64,000 nucleotides of DNA from contig CAWBBV010000001.1 in the NCBI GenBank assembly GCA_963787125.1, forward strand, positions 416,001-480,000, written 5' to 3'. Below, piece by piece: positions 21,446-30,336 of this stretch. Each line of letters opens with the position of its first letter. Position 1 is the first letter of the stretch. Both the position numbers and the translations under genes were made by a program. A model generated the notes under the pieces. It saw nothing but the letters and a program-made list of their open reading frames with translations, was not told the DNA's origin and ran no database searches. This DNA comes from an uncultured delta proteobacterium (GTDB lineage Bacteria > Desulfobacterota > Desulfuromonadia > Geobacterales > DSM-12255).

Positions 21446-22297
21446 ATGAAGGAGAAACTGGTTGCTGAAGTTGTCAGATTTATAACTGAAGCCGCTGCCA
21501 ACCGGCTGCCTGACGGCAGCGCGCCTTTTTTTGACACCCCCCTCGTCGGTTTTGCCGCTCTGGACGACCCCCTGTTCACCGCCTACAAAGAGATTATCGG
21601 CGATTTTCATCTGACCCCCGGCGAGCTGTTTGCCGGTGAATTCGGCACGGCGCCTGCTGCCGGCACGGTCATCAGCTGGATTCTGCCGATAACTTTGCCG
21701 GTTCGCACCAGCAACCGCTCCGAGACTGAGTACCCCTCAAAATGGTGGGCGCAGACTCGTAACTTTGGTGAAGGGGTGAACAGCGAGCTGCGCCGCCATC
21801 TGGTCCAGTGGTTAAAATCTCAGGGCTATCAAGGGGCGGCACCACAGCTCACCTCTCAATGGCAGGAGTTTGCCGAAACGCCCAAAGGGCGGGCATCCAC
21901 CTGGTCGGAGCGTCATGCAGCCTATGCTGCCGGGCTCGGAACGTTCAGCTTGAATGATGCGTTGATAACGGCAAAGGGAATCGCCCACCGGTGCGGCAGC
22001 GTCATTACCGACCTCGTCATTGAGCCATCAGAGCGGATTGACAAAGGCTATGCCGACAACTGCCTTTACTACCGGGATGGCAGCTGCGGCGCCTGTATCG
22101 GGCGTTGTCCGGTCGGGGCAATTTCCTTTTCCGGCCATGACAAAGTTCGCTGCTGCGATTATGTGTATACGACTTTGCCGCCTCTGGTTGCCGAAAAATT
22201 TGGAGTGAAAGCGACCGGTTGTGGTCTTTGCCAGACAAGAGTTCCGTGCGAAAGCGGCATCCCGCGGGGCAGAAGGGGAGGGTCAGAACATGGATAA
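21446..22297 (+). CDS. QueG-like 4Fe-4S protein
   Basis: SERHAAYAAGLG, GSVITDL, CGACIGRCP, CGLCQTRVPC. Confidence 0.75.
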   Translation: MKEKLVAEVVRFITEAAANRLPDGSAPFFDTPLVGFAALDDPLFTAYKEIIGDFHLTPGELFAGEFGTAPAAGTVISWILPITLPVRTSNRSETEYPSKWWAQTRNFGEGVNSELRRHLVQWLKSQGYQGAAPQLTSQWQEFAETPKGRASTWSERHAAYAAGLGTFSLNDALITAKGIAHRCGSVITDLVIEPSERIDKGYADNCLYYRDGSCGACIGRCPVGAISFSGHDKVRCCDYVYTTLPPLVAEKFGVKATGCGLCQTRVPCESGIPRGRRGGSEHG

Positions 22298-22739
22298 CAA
22301 TATAGTGCTGCTGCTCAAGGTATTTTTCTTCAGTGATCTTTCGCCGGACGAACTGCTGGCTATCATGGCGGTAACCAGGCGGGAGCGCTACACCATGGGG
22401 CAGAAAGTTTTCGAGGCGGGTAGCCCCAGTGACTCGCTTTACATCATAAAAAGCGGCTCGATGATGATCAAGAACGGACCGCTTGTGCTGGCAACACTCG
22501 CTATCGGCGATACCATCGGCGAAATGTCGTTTGTGGACAGGGGGAACCGCTCGGCAACTGTTGCTGCAATCGAGGAGACTGAACTGTTAAAGGTCTCATT
22601 CAGCGTGCTTGAGGAGCTTTTTGAGCAGCACCCCCGGATGGCGGTTAAAATATACCGGGCGCTGGTGAAAGTACTCAGCCAAAGACTCCGCGAGATGGAC
22701 GAAAATATCCGGACAAAGTACCAGCCGGTCAAGTTCTGA
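22290..22739 (+). CDS. Stand-alone cyclic-nucleotide-binding domain protein
   Basis: FFSDLS, LYIIKSG, GEMSF...RSATV. Confidence 0.88.
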   Translation: MDNNIVLLLKVFFFSDLSPDELLAIMAVTRRERYTMGQKVFEAGSPSDSLYIIKSGSMMIKNGPLVLATLAIGDTIGEMSFVDRGNRSATVAAIEETELLKVSFSVLEELFEQHPRMAVKIYRALVKVLSQRLREMDENIRTKYQPVKF

Positions 22740-22799
22740 AGACCGGTCATTCCCTCAAAACCGGGGCTTTAACCTGAAACGTGTACTAATCTGCGAAGT

Positions 22800-25496
22800 T
22801 TATTCGTTTTCCCGAATCTTCCGCTCAAGCTGTTGCTCAACACTGCGCCCCTGCTCGTCCTCCTGCACCGCCATGAGATAAAGAAAGCGCTCAGCACAGG
22901 ACTGTTCCCACTGATAACCAACCTGGTTCTTTTCCCGGGAATCATCATTGGTTTTGTAGATTTCACCCTTATACTCAACCACTAAGACGCGGCCATCAGC
23001 CAGTTCACAGACGAAATCAGGATAAAAGTAGTCGGTTGCTGTCGGCAGCCAGAAAGAGAAGCGGTCTTCCTTCTCCACATTGCGTACCCACTGCTTCACA
23101 GCCGGATTGCGGTCAATAGCCTGCGCACAGATAAATTCCTCGGCAGGTTTTCCCTTCGGTGTTTTTTCGTGGAGATCGTGAATGACCGGGTAGTAATGCT
23201 TTCTGAAACGATAGCGCCCTGAATATACCGGCGGCTTGGCCGGGTAATGGGTCGGATGGAAAGTAAAGGCGTAGAGAAAGCTGCTTTCGCGCGGGGGCGC
23301 CGCCAGAAAACCGGGGAGAGATTTCTGAAAACCTGCTTTGATGGCAGTTTTCCGACGGCGCTCGATTTCCCGCCGGATTGCTTCCGCCAGGGGGTATTTA
23401 GTCCGCACCAGCGCAGTGAGAGACATGCCACGGTCTGCCTGTAGATGGCGCATCAAGGCCAGCAGCCACTTGTTGAGAATAGGCCTGCCCACATCTCGCT
23501 GCCGACATTCCCGGTTCAGCCAGTGAACCAGGTCGTTTTCAGAGGTGTGAGAAACGACTTCGTTCAGATGCAGCTGGCCGCTGTCAGCTTCTCCATAGAC
23601 AACTTTACCCCCTTCAACATCGATCTCGAAAGCTGCGCCCCGCTCCACCAGAGAAAACCCGGCCAGGCTGATGGCTTCAGCAAAAAGATCGAAATCTCCC
23701 AAATCGGAAAGGAGCTGCTTTTCAACCGGCTGCAGTTCCCCCTCCCAGTTAAGACAGAGCTGTGGTAGCGGCGCAAACAGTTCACCCCGCGCTGAAGGGG
23801 CCAACAGTGCCGCCTGGCGGCTGCGTTCAATATCAATTGCGTCCTTCACCCCCTGCTGTTGACGGGCATTACAGGCTGACAGCAGGAACTCTTCCACCTC
23901 CTCAGACAGCTCACCGCGCACAATCGCCGTTGCCCCGGAAGTTGTCGGGCGGATTTCCAGAGTCTCTCTCAATGTCTCCGGAATCGGCCCGGCCGGAACT
24001 GCCGGCAGGGAGATAACCGCTTCGGCAGGGCGTGGGCGGGGCTGCTCGCCGTTACCCGGCAGGGGGAGAACGTTCTGCACCGGCGCTATCGCCTGGGCAG
24101 CTTCAAAAGCTTCAAAGCCCATGTTATTCACCAGCCGGTCGGCCAGCTGATCCGCCACCCGCGCAAAACCTTGCGCCACGATGTGGGCATAAGCTTTGCT
24201 CAACTCTATCTGTTGGCGCGGCTTGGCATAAGGCATGCGCAGCACCCGCCCCAGAAGCTGCTCCACGTCTTTGGCGCTCCTGGCATCCTGCAGACTGCAG
24301 AGCACATAGGCGAACGGGCAGTCCCACCCCTCTTTCAGCGCTTCAATGGTGATGACAAAACGGATCGGACAGAGCGGGTCTGCGATGACAACGCCGTCCA
24401 ACTCCTTCTGCTCGCCGGTTGCCACGGCAATCTGTTTTCGTTCCAGCTTTTCACCGTCCGGGCTGATTAAATGCTCCAGCAGCTTTTCTACCGTCACCTC
24501 ACCATTTTTCGCTTCAGCCTGAAACAGCAGCACCGGGCGAATATAATCCGGTTCCCGCGCTGCCAGAATCTCCAGGCGGTCACGGGTCAGGATGGCATCA
24601 CGCACGGCGTCTTTCCAGCCGGTAGGATGCTCCATCAGCACGATTGGCAGCTTGATCATATCTTCCCGCTGCAGGGCACTGGCGCCGACATGATAGATCA
24701 CGTTGCTGCTGGCGGCCGGGGTGGCGGTCATTTCGATCACACAGGCAGGGTGCAGGTTTTTCAAGGTGCGGAACGCCTGATCGGTGCGGTTGTTGTGGGC
24801 CTCATCCACCACGACAATCGGCCGATTGAGGGTCAACCAGTTGGCCAGCGAACTCTTGACCCGGCCAATATCGGCAGCAGTCAGGTAAGGCTGAGCAACA
24901 ATGTCCGCCTCAGTCACCCGGTCAAGCCGCGCTTCCTGCTGCGGAGTCAAACCCTGAAAGTGGCGGTCAAAACTTTCATCAAAAGAATAGACAGTCCGCT
25001 GACTCTTCTCCTTGACGTTGAAAGACTGGATCGTCGCCACGACGATAATAGCCGCTTGTCCCACTTCCTGCGGCCCCACTGTCGCCAGATCATCCAGAGC
25101 ACAAACCCGGACCCGTTCGCCGAAATAGCTGGTGAGCGCCTCGCGGCCCGGCTGGCGCGGCGTGGAAAGCACCGCCAGGGTCTGACTGCGAATAGCGTCG
25201 GACGGCACCAGCCAGAGCGCCACCGGCGCTTCACTGTCCAATAAGGTTTTCCCTACCCGCGCCACCGCATGGGCCGCCAGAAAAGTCTTGCCGCCGCCGG
25301 TCGGGATGCGCACGCAGACAGCCGGGGTATCCCCCAGCGCTTCGGCATTGTAAGCCGCTTGACTGATTTGCCCCTGTTTTTCCAGCTGCGGAGCGCATGC
25401 CTGCCACGCCCCGGCCAGACCGGACAGGCGCAGCTGTCTAAAAAAACCGTCGAGGGCAACCAGCGACTTTTCCTGATAATCCTTGAGTGTGAACAT
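22800..25496 (-). CDS. res: Type III restriction enzyme Res subunit (DEAD-like helicase + PD-(D/E)xK nuclease)
   Basis: LKDYQ, PTGGGKT, VDEAH, TAT, LKEGWD, QLLGRVLR, YPDF...VEYKG. RBS AGGAG before ATG 25496. Confidence 0.9.
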   Translation of the reverse strand: MFTLKDYQEKSLVALDGFFRQLRLSGLAGAWQACAPQLEKQGQISQAAYNAEALGDTPAVCVRIPTGGGKTFLAAHAVARVGKTLLDSEAPVALWLVPSDAIRSQTLAVLSTPRQPGREALTSYFGERVRVCALDDLATVGPQEVGQAAIIVVATIQSFNVKEKSQRTVYSFDESFDRHFQGLTPQQEARLDRVTEADIVAQPYLTAADIGRVKSSLANWLTLNRPIVVVDEAHNNRTDQAFRTLKNLHPACVIEMTATPAASSNVIYHVGASALQREDMIKLPIVLMEHPTGWKDAVRDAILTRDRLEILAAREPDYIRPVLLFQAEAKNGEVTVEKLLEHLISPDGEKLERKQIAVATGEQKELDGVVIADPLCPIRFVITIEALKEGWDCPFAYVLCSLQDARSAKDVEQLLGRVLRMPYAKPRQQIELSKAYAHIVAQGFARVADQLADRLVNNMGFEAFEAAQAIAPVQNVLPLPGNGEQPRPRPAEAVISLPAVPAGPIPETLRETLEIRPTTSGATAIVRGELSEEVEEFLLSACNARQQQGVKDAIDIERSRQAALLAPSARGELFAPLPQLCLNWEGELQPVEKQLLSDLGDFDLFAEAISLAGFSLVERGAAFEIDVEGGKVVYGEADSGQLHLNEVVSHTSENDLVHWLNRECRQRDVGRPILNKWLLALMRHLQADRGMSLTALVRTKYPLAEAIRREIERRRKTAIKAGFQKSLPGFLAAPPRESSFLYAFTFHPTHYPAKPPVYSGRYRFRKHYYPVIHDLHEKTPKGKPAEEFICAQAIDRNPAVKQWVRNVEKEDRFSFWLPTATDYFYPDFVCELADGRVLVVEYKGEIYKTNDDSREKNQVGYQWEQSCAERFLYLMAVQEDEQGRSVEQQLERKIRENE

Positions 25497-25667
25497 AATA
25501 GTGAGGCTCCTAAAATGAATCAATTGCGACTTAACTGGATGATCGGTTATCGAGATTTGTCATCTCTTCACGCCTCGCTAATAAATCCCGTAAATGTAAC
25601 ATTAATTGACCGCAATAAGACAATTCGGAACGCACTGCGTTCCCATTTGGATAGGCATCAGTGAACT

Positions 25668-26714
25668 TTATGGTTCGCCACCCAGTTCCCGTTCAATCTG
25701 CTCAATGCTGGGGAGACTGGTCTGCAAATCCTTGGGCAAAGCGGCAACCAGCTGGTATTCAGCCACGCCGATCGGTTTGTGAGAATCACGCAACGTATAT
25801 TCAGCCACTACCCGGTTTTTGGTTTTGCAGAGCAGCAGCCCAATGGTTGGGTTGTCGCTTTCCGCCTTCATCTGTGCATCCACCGCGCTCAGGTAAAACC
25901 CCAGTTTGCCGGTGTATTCGGGTTTGAACGCCCCGGCTTTCAGTTCAATCACCACATAGCAATGCAGCTTAAGATGATAAAAGAGTAGATCCATGAAGAA
26001 ATCGTCGCCACCCACCTCAAGATGCACCTGCCGCCCGACGAAAGCAAACCCGGCGCCAAGTTCGAGCAGGAAGCGGGTAATGTGCTGGACAATTGCTGAC
26101 TCGATTTCCCGTTCGTCAGCTTCTTTGCCAACACCCAGAAAGTCAAAAATATAGGGGTCCTTCAGAGTATTTCGGGCAAGGTCGGAATGCGGCGCAGGCA
26201 GATTTGCCACAAAATTCGTCACCGCCTGCCCTTTGCGGCCCAACAGCCTCGTTTCGATATTAATATTGAGCACATTTCGCGACCAGCCATGCTCAATAGC
26301 GCTTTCAGCGTAACTTCGGCGGGAATCAGAATCTTTCAGCCTTGTCAGAAGCACTAGATTGTGCCCCCAGGGTAATCGTCCAACAAGCTGTTGGACAATT
26401 ACGGCATCCGGCCATGCCTCGGCAAAGGCGCGCATATAAAGCAGATTGGCGCGAGAAAAACCTTTCATCTCCGGAAAAGCGATACGCAGGTCGTGGGCCA
26501 AACGCTCGATCACCTTGGAACCCCAGCCTTCATTGGCCTGCCGCTCCAGAATGTCACGCCCGATCTGCCAGTAGAGCAGTACCAATTCGCGGTTCACCGC
26601 CAGGCTTGCCCGCTGCTGGGCGGTATGGATGCGGCCTTTCAGCTCCGCCAGCCAGGAACTGTAGCCGCTTGGGGGCTCGGTAAGGGAGACGGGGATTTCG
26701 TTGTCGTTGCTCAT
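25668..26714 (-). CDS. YhcG/DUF1016 PD-(D/E)xK nuclease-family protein
   Basis: VNRELVLLYWQIG, LPWGHN, KDPYIFDFL, DLLFYH, VIELK. Confidence 0.92.
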   Translation of the reverse strand: MSNDNEIPVSLTEPPSGYSSWLAELKGRIHTAQQRASLAVNRELVLLYWQIGRDILERQANEGWGSKVIERLAHDLRIAFPEMKGFSRANLLYMRAFAEAWPDAVIVQQLVGRLPWGHNLVLLTRLKDSDSRRSYAESAIEHGWSRNVLNINIETRLLGRKGQAVTNFVANLPAPHSDLARNTLKDPYIFDFLGVGKEADEREIESAIVQHITRFLLELGAGFAFVGRQVHLEVGGDDFFMDLLFYHLKLHCYVVIELKAGAFKPEYTGKLGFYLSAVDAQMKAESDNPTIGLLLCKTKNRVVAEYTLRDSHKPIGVAEYQLVAALPKDLQTSLPSIEQIERELGGEP

Positions 26715-26744
26715 GCGTGCCTCTGATCGCGACTTTATGAAAAA

Positions 26745-28379
26745 TCAACGCGCCTTGATATCGTAAGGTATCTGTTTGAAGGTGATGCCGGCCTCCCGCA
26801 AGCGGGCTTCACCCAGGCGGGTGGTTTCACCGTAGATGGTCCGCGGGCCGTGGTGCGGAAAGGACTGCTCCAGATACGCCAGAATGGCGGCGGTGAGCAC
26901 ATTGCCACCTTGGGGCCGCCGGTCGCCGAGAATGCCGTTGTAGAGGAGATAGTAGGCAGTGTTGTTGTGAATGCCGAGAAGAGGGGTGGCTATGTTCCCT
27001 TCGACTCCGCTCAGGGAACGGTGGGTGAGCGGAGTCGAACCCCACGGTTCTCCCGTCTCGAAATGCCAGAGATACCCCGCCAGCGCGGCAAAGCGGACAT
27101 TGGGATGAATGCCGCCGTCGGCGTCAAATACCGGCTCGCCCAGAGTATGAAAGCGGAAGCCGCCGCCCCCTTGCCACTCCAGCGCCTTGGAAATTCCTCC
27201 CTGTTCACCGCCGACAACCTTTTCCAGACGCGGCAGGCAGTGAGTAACGGCGTGCTCACCCATTTCAATCCCAATCCAGCGCCGCCCCATTTTATGGGCC
27301 ACGGCAGCGGTGGTGCCGGAGCCGAGGAAGGAGTCGAGGACGAGGTCGTTGAGGTTAGTGGCGATGTGAATTATTCTTTGAATCAGGGCCTCAGGTTTTG
27401 GGGTTCCAAATGGCTCATCATCAGGTGACAGAGCAAGGCTTTCTTTTTTGGAAATCTCAGTGTCGCCGACCTCCGAGGCAAGCCACAATGTCATCGGGAC
27501 AAGTCCCTTTACCTGTTCAGGAAATTGCTTGATTCTCGGCTTACCATCACCCCCTTTTGGGAAGTACACCATTCCCGCAGAAAGATATTTTAAATACTCC
27601 GGTTCGGTGGCACCCCAACACCTTGCTTTTGGTGGAAATACTGTTTTCCCTGTTGGAGTTTCAATACCGTACATCTGATTCGGTCTGTACCCTTGCGCGG
27701 AAAAAGGGATTGAACGCCAAGGCCCTCTTGGATCGTTATCAGGGTTTGAATAGCCTTTCTCTGTTGCAAGTAATAAGTTTCGGGTCTCTTTCCACGCAAC
27801 AGCCCCACACTTGGTGTAAAGCAGGATATGATCGTGCGAGGTGCCTATGGAAGCACGGTTTTCGCGAGATGTTCGTTTCTGCCAAACAACATTCGCCACA
27901 AAATTCCCCCGCCCAAACACCTCATCCATCAGCACCTTCAGATAATGCGCCTCCCGGTCATCAATGGAAACCCAGATACTGCCATTCTCCGCCAGCAACT
28001 CCCGCAGCATCACCAGTCGGGGATACATCAACGAGAGCCACTGGGAATGCTCCAGCTTGTCGTCGTAGTGGGTAAAGGCCGATTGAGTGTTGTAGGGTGG
28101 GTCGATGTAGATGCACTTCACCTGCCCCCGGTAGAACGGGAGCAGAGCTTTCAGCGCCAGGAGGTTGTCCCCTTGAATGAGGAGGTTGTCGTAAACCTTC
28201 CCTTCGGCTCCGCTCAGGGAACTTTCTTTTGGTGGCGCAAAGCCTGGTAGCTGAGGGGACTCGCTTGGTGGCTGAGCGGAGTCGAAGTCATGGGCGGATT
28301 GGAATTGCAGCAGGTGGTAGGGAACAGTAGCGGCGATGTTAGTAGCCTGGCTTTTGTTCACCCAATCAAGAAAAGGCAT
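26745..28379 (-). CDS. mod: Type III R-M DNA methyltransferase (Mod)
   Basis: IQGDNL, YIDPPYN, TPKPEAL, LDSFLGSGTT. Lower-GC central target-recognition region. Confidence 0.92.
   Translation of the reverse strand: MPFLDWVNKSQATNIAATVPYHLLQFQSAHDFDSAQPPSESPQLPGFAPPKESSLSGAEGKVYDNLLIQGDNLLALKALLPFYRGQVKCIYIDPPYNTQSAFTHYDDKLEHSQWLSLMYPRLVMLRELLAENGSIWVSIDDREAHYLKVLMDEVFGRGNFVANVVWQKRTSRENRASIGTSHDHILLYTKCGAVAWKETRNLLLATEKGYSNPDNDPRGPWRSIPFSAQGYRPNQMYGIETPTGKTVFPPKARCWGATEPEYLKYLSAGMVYFPKGGDGKPRIKQFPEQVKGLVPMTLWLASEVGDTEISKKESLALSPDDEPFGTPKPEALIQRIIHIATNLNDLVLDSFLGSGTTAAVAHKMGRRWIGIEMGEHAVTHCLPRLEKVVGGEQGGISKALEWQGGGGFRFHTLGEPVFDADGGIHPNVRFAALAGYLWHFETGEPWGSTPLTHRSLSGVEGNIATPLLGIHNNTAYYLLYNGILGDRRPQGGNVLTAAILAYLEQSFPHHGPRTIYGETTRLGEARLREAGITFKQIPYDIKAR
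26995..27039. repeat. REP-like palindrome, copy 1 (inside mod)
   Basis: TTCGACTCCGCTCA (27000-27013) and TGAGCGGAGTCGAA (27026-27039): perfect 14-bp stem. Confidence 0.85.
28198..28287. repeat. REP-like palindrome, copy 2 (inside mod)
   Basis: CTTCGGCTCCGCTCAG (28202-28217) and CTGAGCGGAGTCGAAG (28272-28287). The 25-nt left arm matches copy 1 at 24/25. Confidence 0.85.
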
Positions 28380-28449
28380 GAGCTATCCTTGTGACGAATA
28401 ATCAGGTAGGGTAGTTGCGGCACGAAATTTCATGGGGAGACGGGTTAAA

Positions 28450-28692
28450 TCATCCCGAAAATGGTTCAGATTTCTCGTAAAGCGTTTCAGGATCAATATC
28501 AATATTTCCAGGCCAGGCCACAGTGCCATTTTCAATAAACGCCCGCTGGAAAAGCGGCTCGGGTTTGAGACGCACCCATGGTTTTTGATCTATGTACGGA
28601 GCCATGTTGAAACGGCGCTTTTCGCCATTCTCGAACTCAATCATCAGGGTATAGGTTGGACCTGGCTGTACATTAACAATATCAAGTAACAT
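28450..28692 (-). CDS. DUF2442-family small protein (putative antitoxin)
   Basis: LMIEFENGEKRRF...GTVAWPGNIDIDPETLY. Confidence 0.8.
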   Translation of the reverse strand: MLLDIVNVQPGPTYTLMIEFENGEKRRFNMAPYIDQKPWVRLKPEPLFQRAFIENGTVAWPGNIDIDPETLYEKSEPFSG

Positions 28693-28749
28693 TACACGTC
28701 TCCTTACTTGAGATGCAGTATACCTTAAATTTACATTCAGCCAACAGAG

Positions 28750-28775
28750 CAGAATTCCGGCCGGCCGGAATTCTG
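28750..28775. repeat. Perfect 26-bp palindrome
   Basis: CAGAATTCCGGCCGGCCGGAATTCTG equals its own reverse complement. Confidence 0.9.
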
Positions 28776-28877
28776 TAACATCACGATATCATATAGTATA
28801 GTATTTAAATTTTTGCTTTTCAGCACTCAGCTACGAACCAATGATGGCTGCTTGCCAGCGGACTTTCTACAGTGATT

Positions 28878-29975
28878 TTACTGATACCCTCCATACCTGT
28901 AGGCCGCCGCACAGCTCCCTTCACTGGAAACCATGCAGGCGCCGACCGGATTCTCCGGGGTGCAGAGCTTGCCAAAGAGGGGACAGTCACTTGGCTCTAT
29001 CTTTCCTTTGAGGATCTCGCCGCATGAGCAGCCGGGGTGCTCTCTGGTCGGCTCCACCGTAACCGGCAGCATCTTCAGGGCGTCGAAAGCGCGATACTCC
29101 TCCCGTATTGCCAGCCCGCTCCCCGGAATAACCCCCACGCCTCGCCAGACGGCGTCGTACGGGGTGAACAGCTGCTCCAGAAGCGCTTGCGCTTTCGGGT
29201 TCCCTTCTGGCCGGACAACCCGGCTGTACTGAATTTCCACTCGGCTTTCGCCCTTAAGCAGCTGGCTTGCCAGCATCAAAATCCCTTGCAGCATGTCAGC
29301 AGGTTCAAAACCGGTAATGACGCACGGGGTATGACACTCCTCTGCCAACGGGTTATAGGCGGCAGCACCGATGATGGCGCTGACATGGGCCGGGCAGATA
29401 TAGCCGTCTATGGCCAGTTCCGGATCGGCAGCGAGCACCTGCATCGGTATGGGTATCGTTTTGTTCGCCGCCAGAACAAAGTAGTTGGTCAGCCCCTGCG
29501 CCTGCGCTGCCAGGATGCTGGCGGCAACTGTCGGCGCGGTCGTTTCAAAGCCCACCCCGAGAAATACCACTTTCCTGCCCGGATTTTTTGCCGCAATCGC
29601 CACTGCGTCAAGGGGAGAGTAAACGATCCGGATATCCGCCCCCTTGGCCCGCTCCACCAGGAGCGAAGAGGAGGAGCCGGGTACCCGCATCATGTCGCCA
29701 AATGTCGTGGTGATGACTTCCGGCAGCCTGCAGAGGGCTATGGCCCGATCAAGATAGTCGTTCGGCGTGACACAGACCGGACAGCCGGGCCCGGAAACCA
29801 GCTTAATCTCTGCCGGCAGCAACGATCTGAGTCCGAAGCGGTAGATCGCCATGGTATGGGTGCCGCAGACCTCCATGAAGGTCATATTCCTGCCGCAGCC
29901 GCTTACCAGCCGGCGAAGCCGCTCTGCAATCCCCTGGACCAGCTCTTTCTGTCTGAAATCATCCTGGTAGTTCAT
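28878..29975 (-). CDS. hypD: Hydrogenase maturation protein HypD
   Basis: MEVCGTHT, GPGCPVC, GFETT, PAHVS, CMVSSEGSC. Confidence 0.97.
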   Translation of the reverse strand: MNYQDDFRQKELVQGIAERLRRLVSGCGRNMTFMEVCGTHTMAIYRFGLRSLLPAEIKLVSGPGCPVCVTPNDYLDRAIALCRLPEVITTTFGDMMRVPGSSSSLLVERAKGADIRIVYSPLDAVAIAAKNPGRKVVFLGVGFETTAPTVAASILAAQAQGLTNYFVLAANKTIPIPMQVLAADPELAIDGYICPAHVSAIIGAAAYNPLAEECHTPCVITGFEPADMLQGILMLASQLLKGESRVEIQYSRVVRPEGNPKAQALLEQLFTPYDAVWRGVGVIPGSGLAIREEYRAFDALKMLPVTVEPTREHPGCSCGEILKGKIEPSDCPLFGKLCTPENPVGACMVSSEGSCAAAYRYGGYQ

Positions 29976-29990
29976 CTTTCCTCCGTTCAG

Positions 29991-30108
29991 TAAGCGCGGA
30001 TTTTTCGCAAGATCAAGGCGCTCAAGGGATGACGCGGAGACGTAGCAACGCTACGTCGCACAAGGAATCACACAGAGCAACGCTGAGATTGCGGAAAAGT
30101 CGCGCTTA
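29991..30108. mobile_element. About 118-bp MITE-like intergenic palindromic element
   Basis: Imperfect terminal inverted repeats TAAGCGCGGATTTTTCGCAA / TTGCGGAAAAGTCGCGCTTA, TA at both ends, internal hairpin GACGTAGC-AAC-GCTACGTC. Confidence 0.6.
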
Positions 30109-30336
30109 CGCCATGTCCTCTTCGGTAAAGACCTCTTTCATCATCCGGATAGTCTCGATGGCTTCTTCTTCATCCAGCTTGGAAATGGCAAAGCCGGCAT
30201 GAATGATGAGATAGTCGCCTATCTTGACTTCATCCCCAAGGATCATCAGGCTGGCGCTGCGCCTGACTCCGTCAACTTCGGCAACGATATCATCGCCGTC
30301 AATGCTTACAACCTGCATCGGCACACCTACACACAT
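30106..30336 (-). CDS. hypC: Hydrogenase maturation chaperone HypC
   Basis: MCVGVP start, IHAGFAI. Confidence 0.96.
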   Translation of the reverse strand: MCVGVPMQVVSIDGDDIVAEVDGVRRSASLMILGDEVKIGDYLIIHAGFAISKLDEEEAIETIRMMKEVFTEEDMA

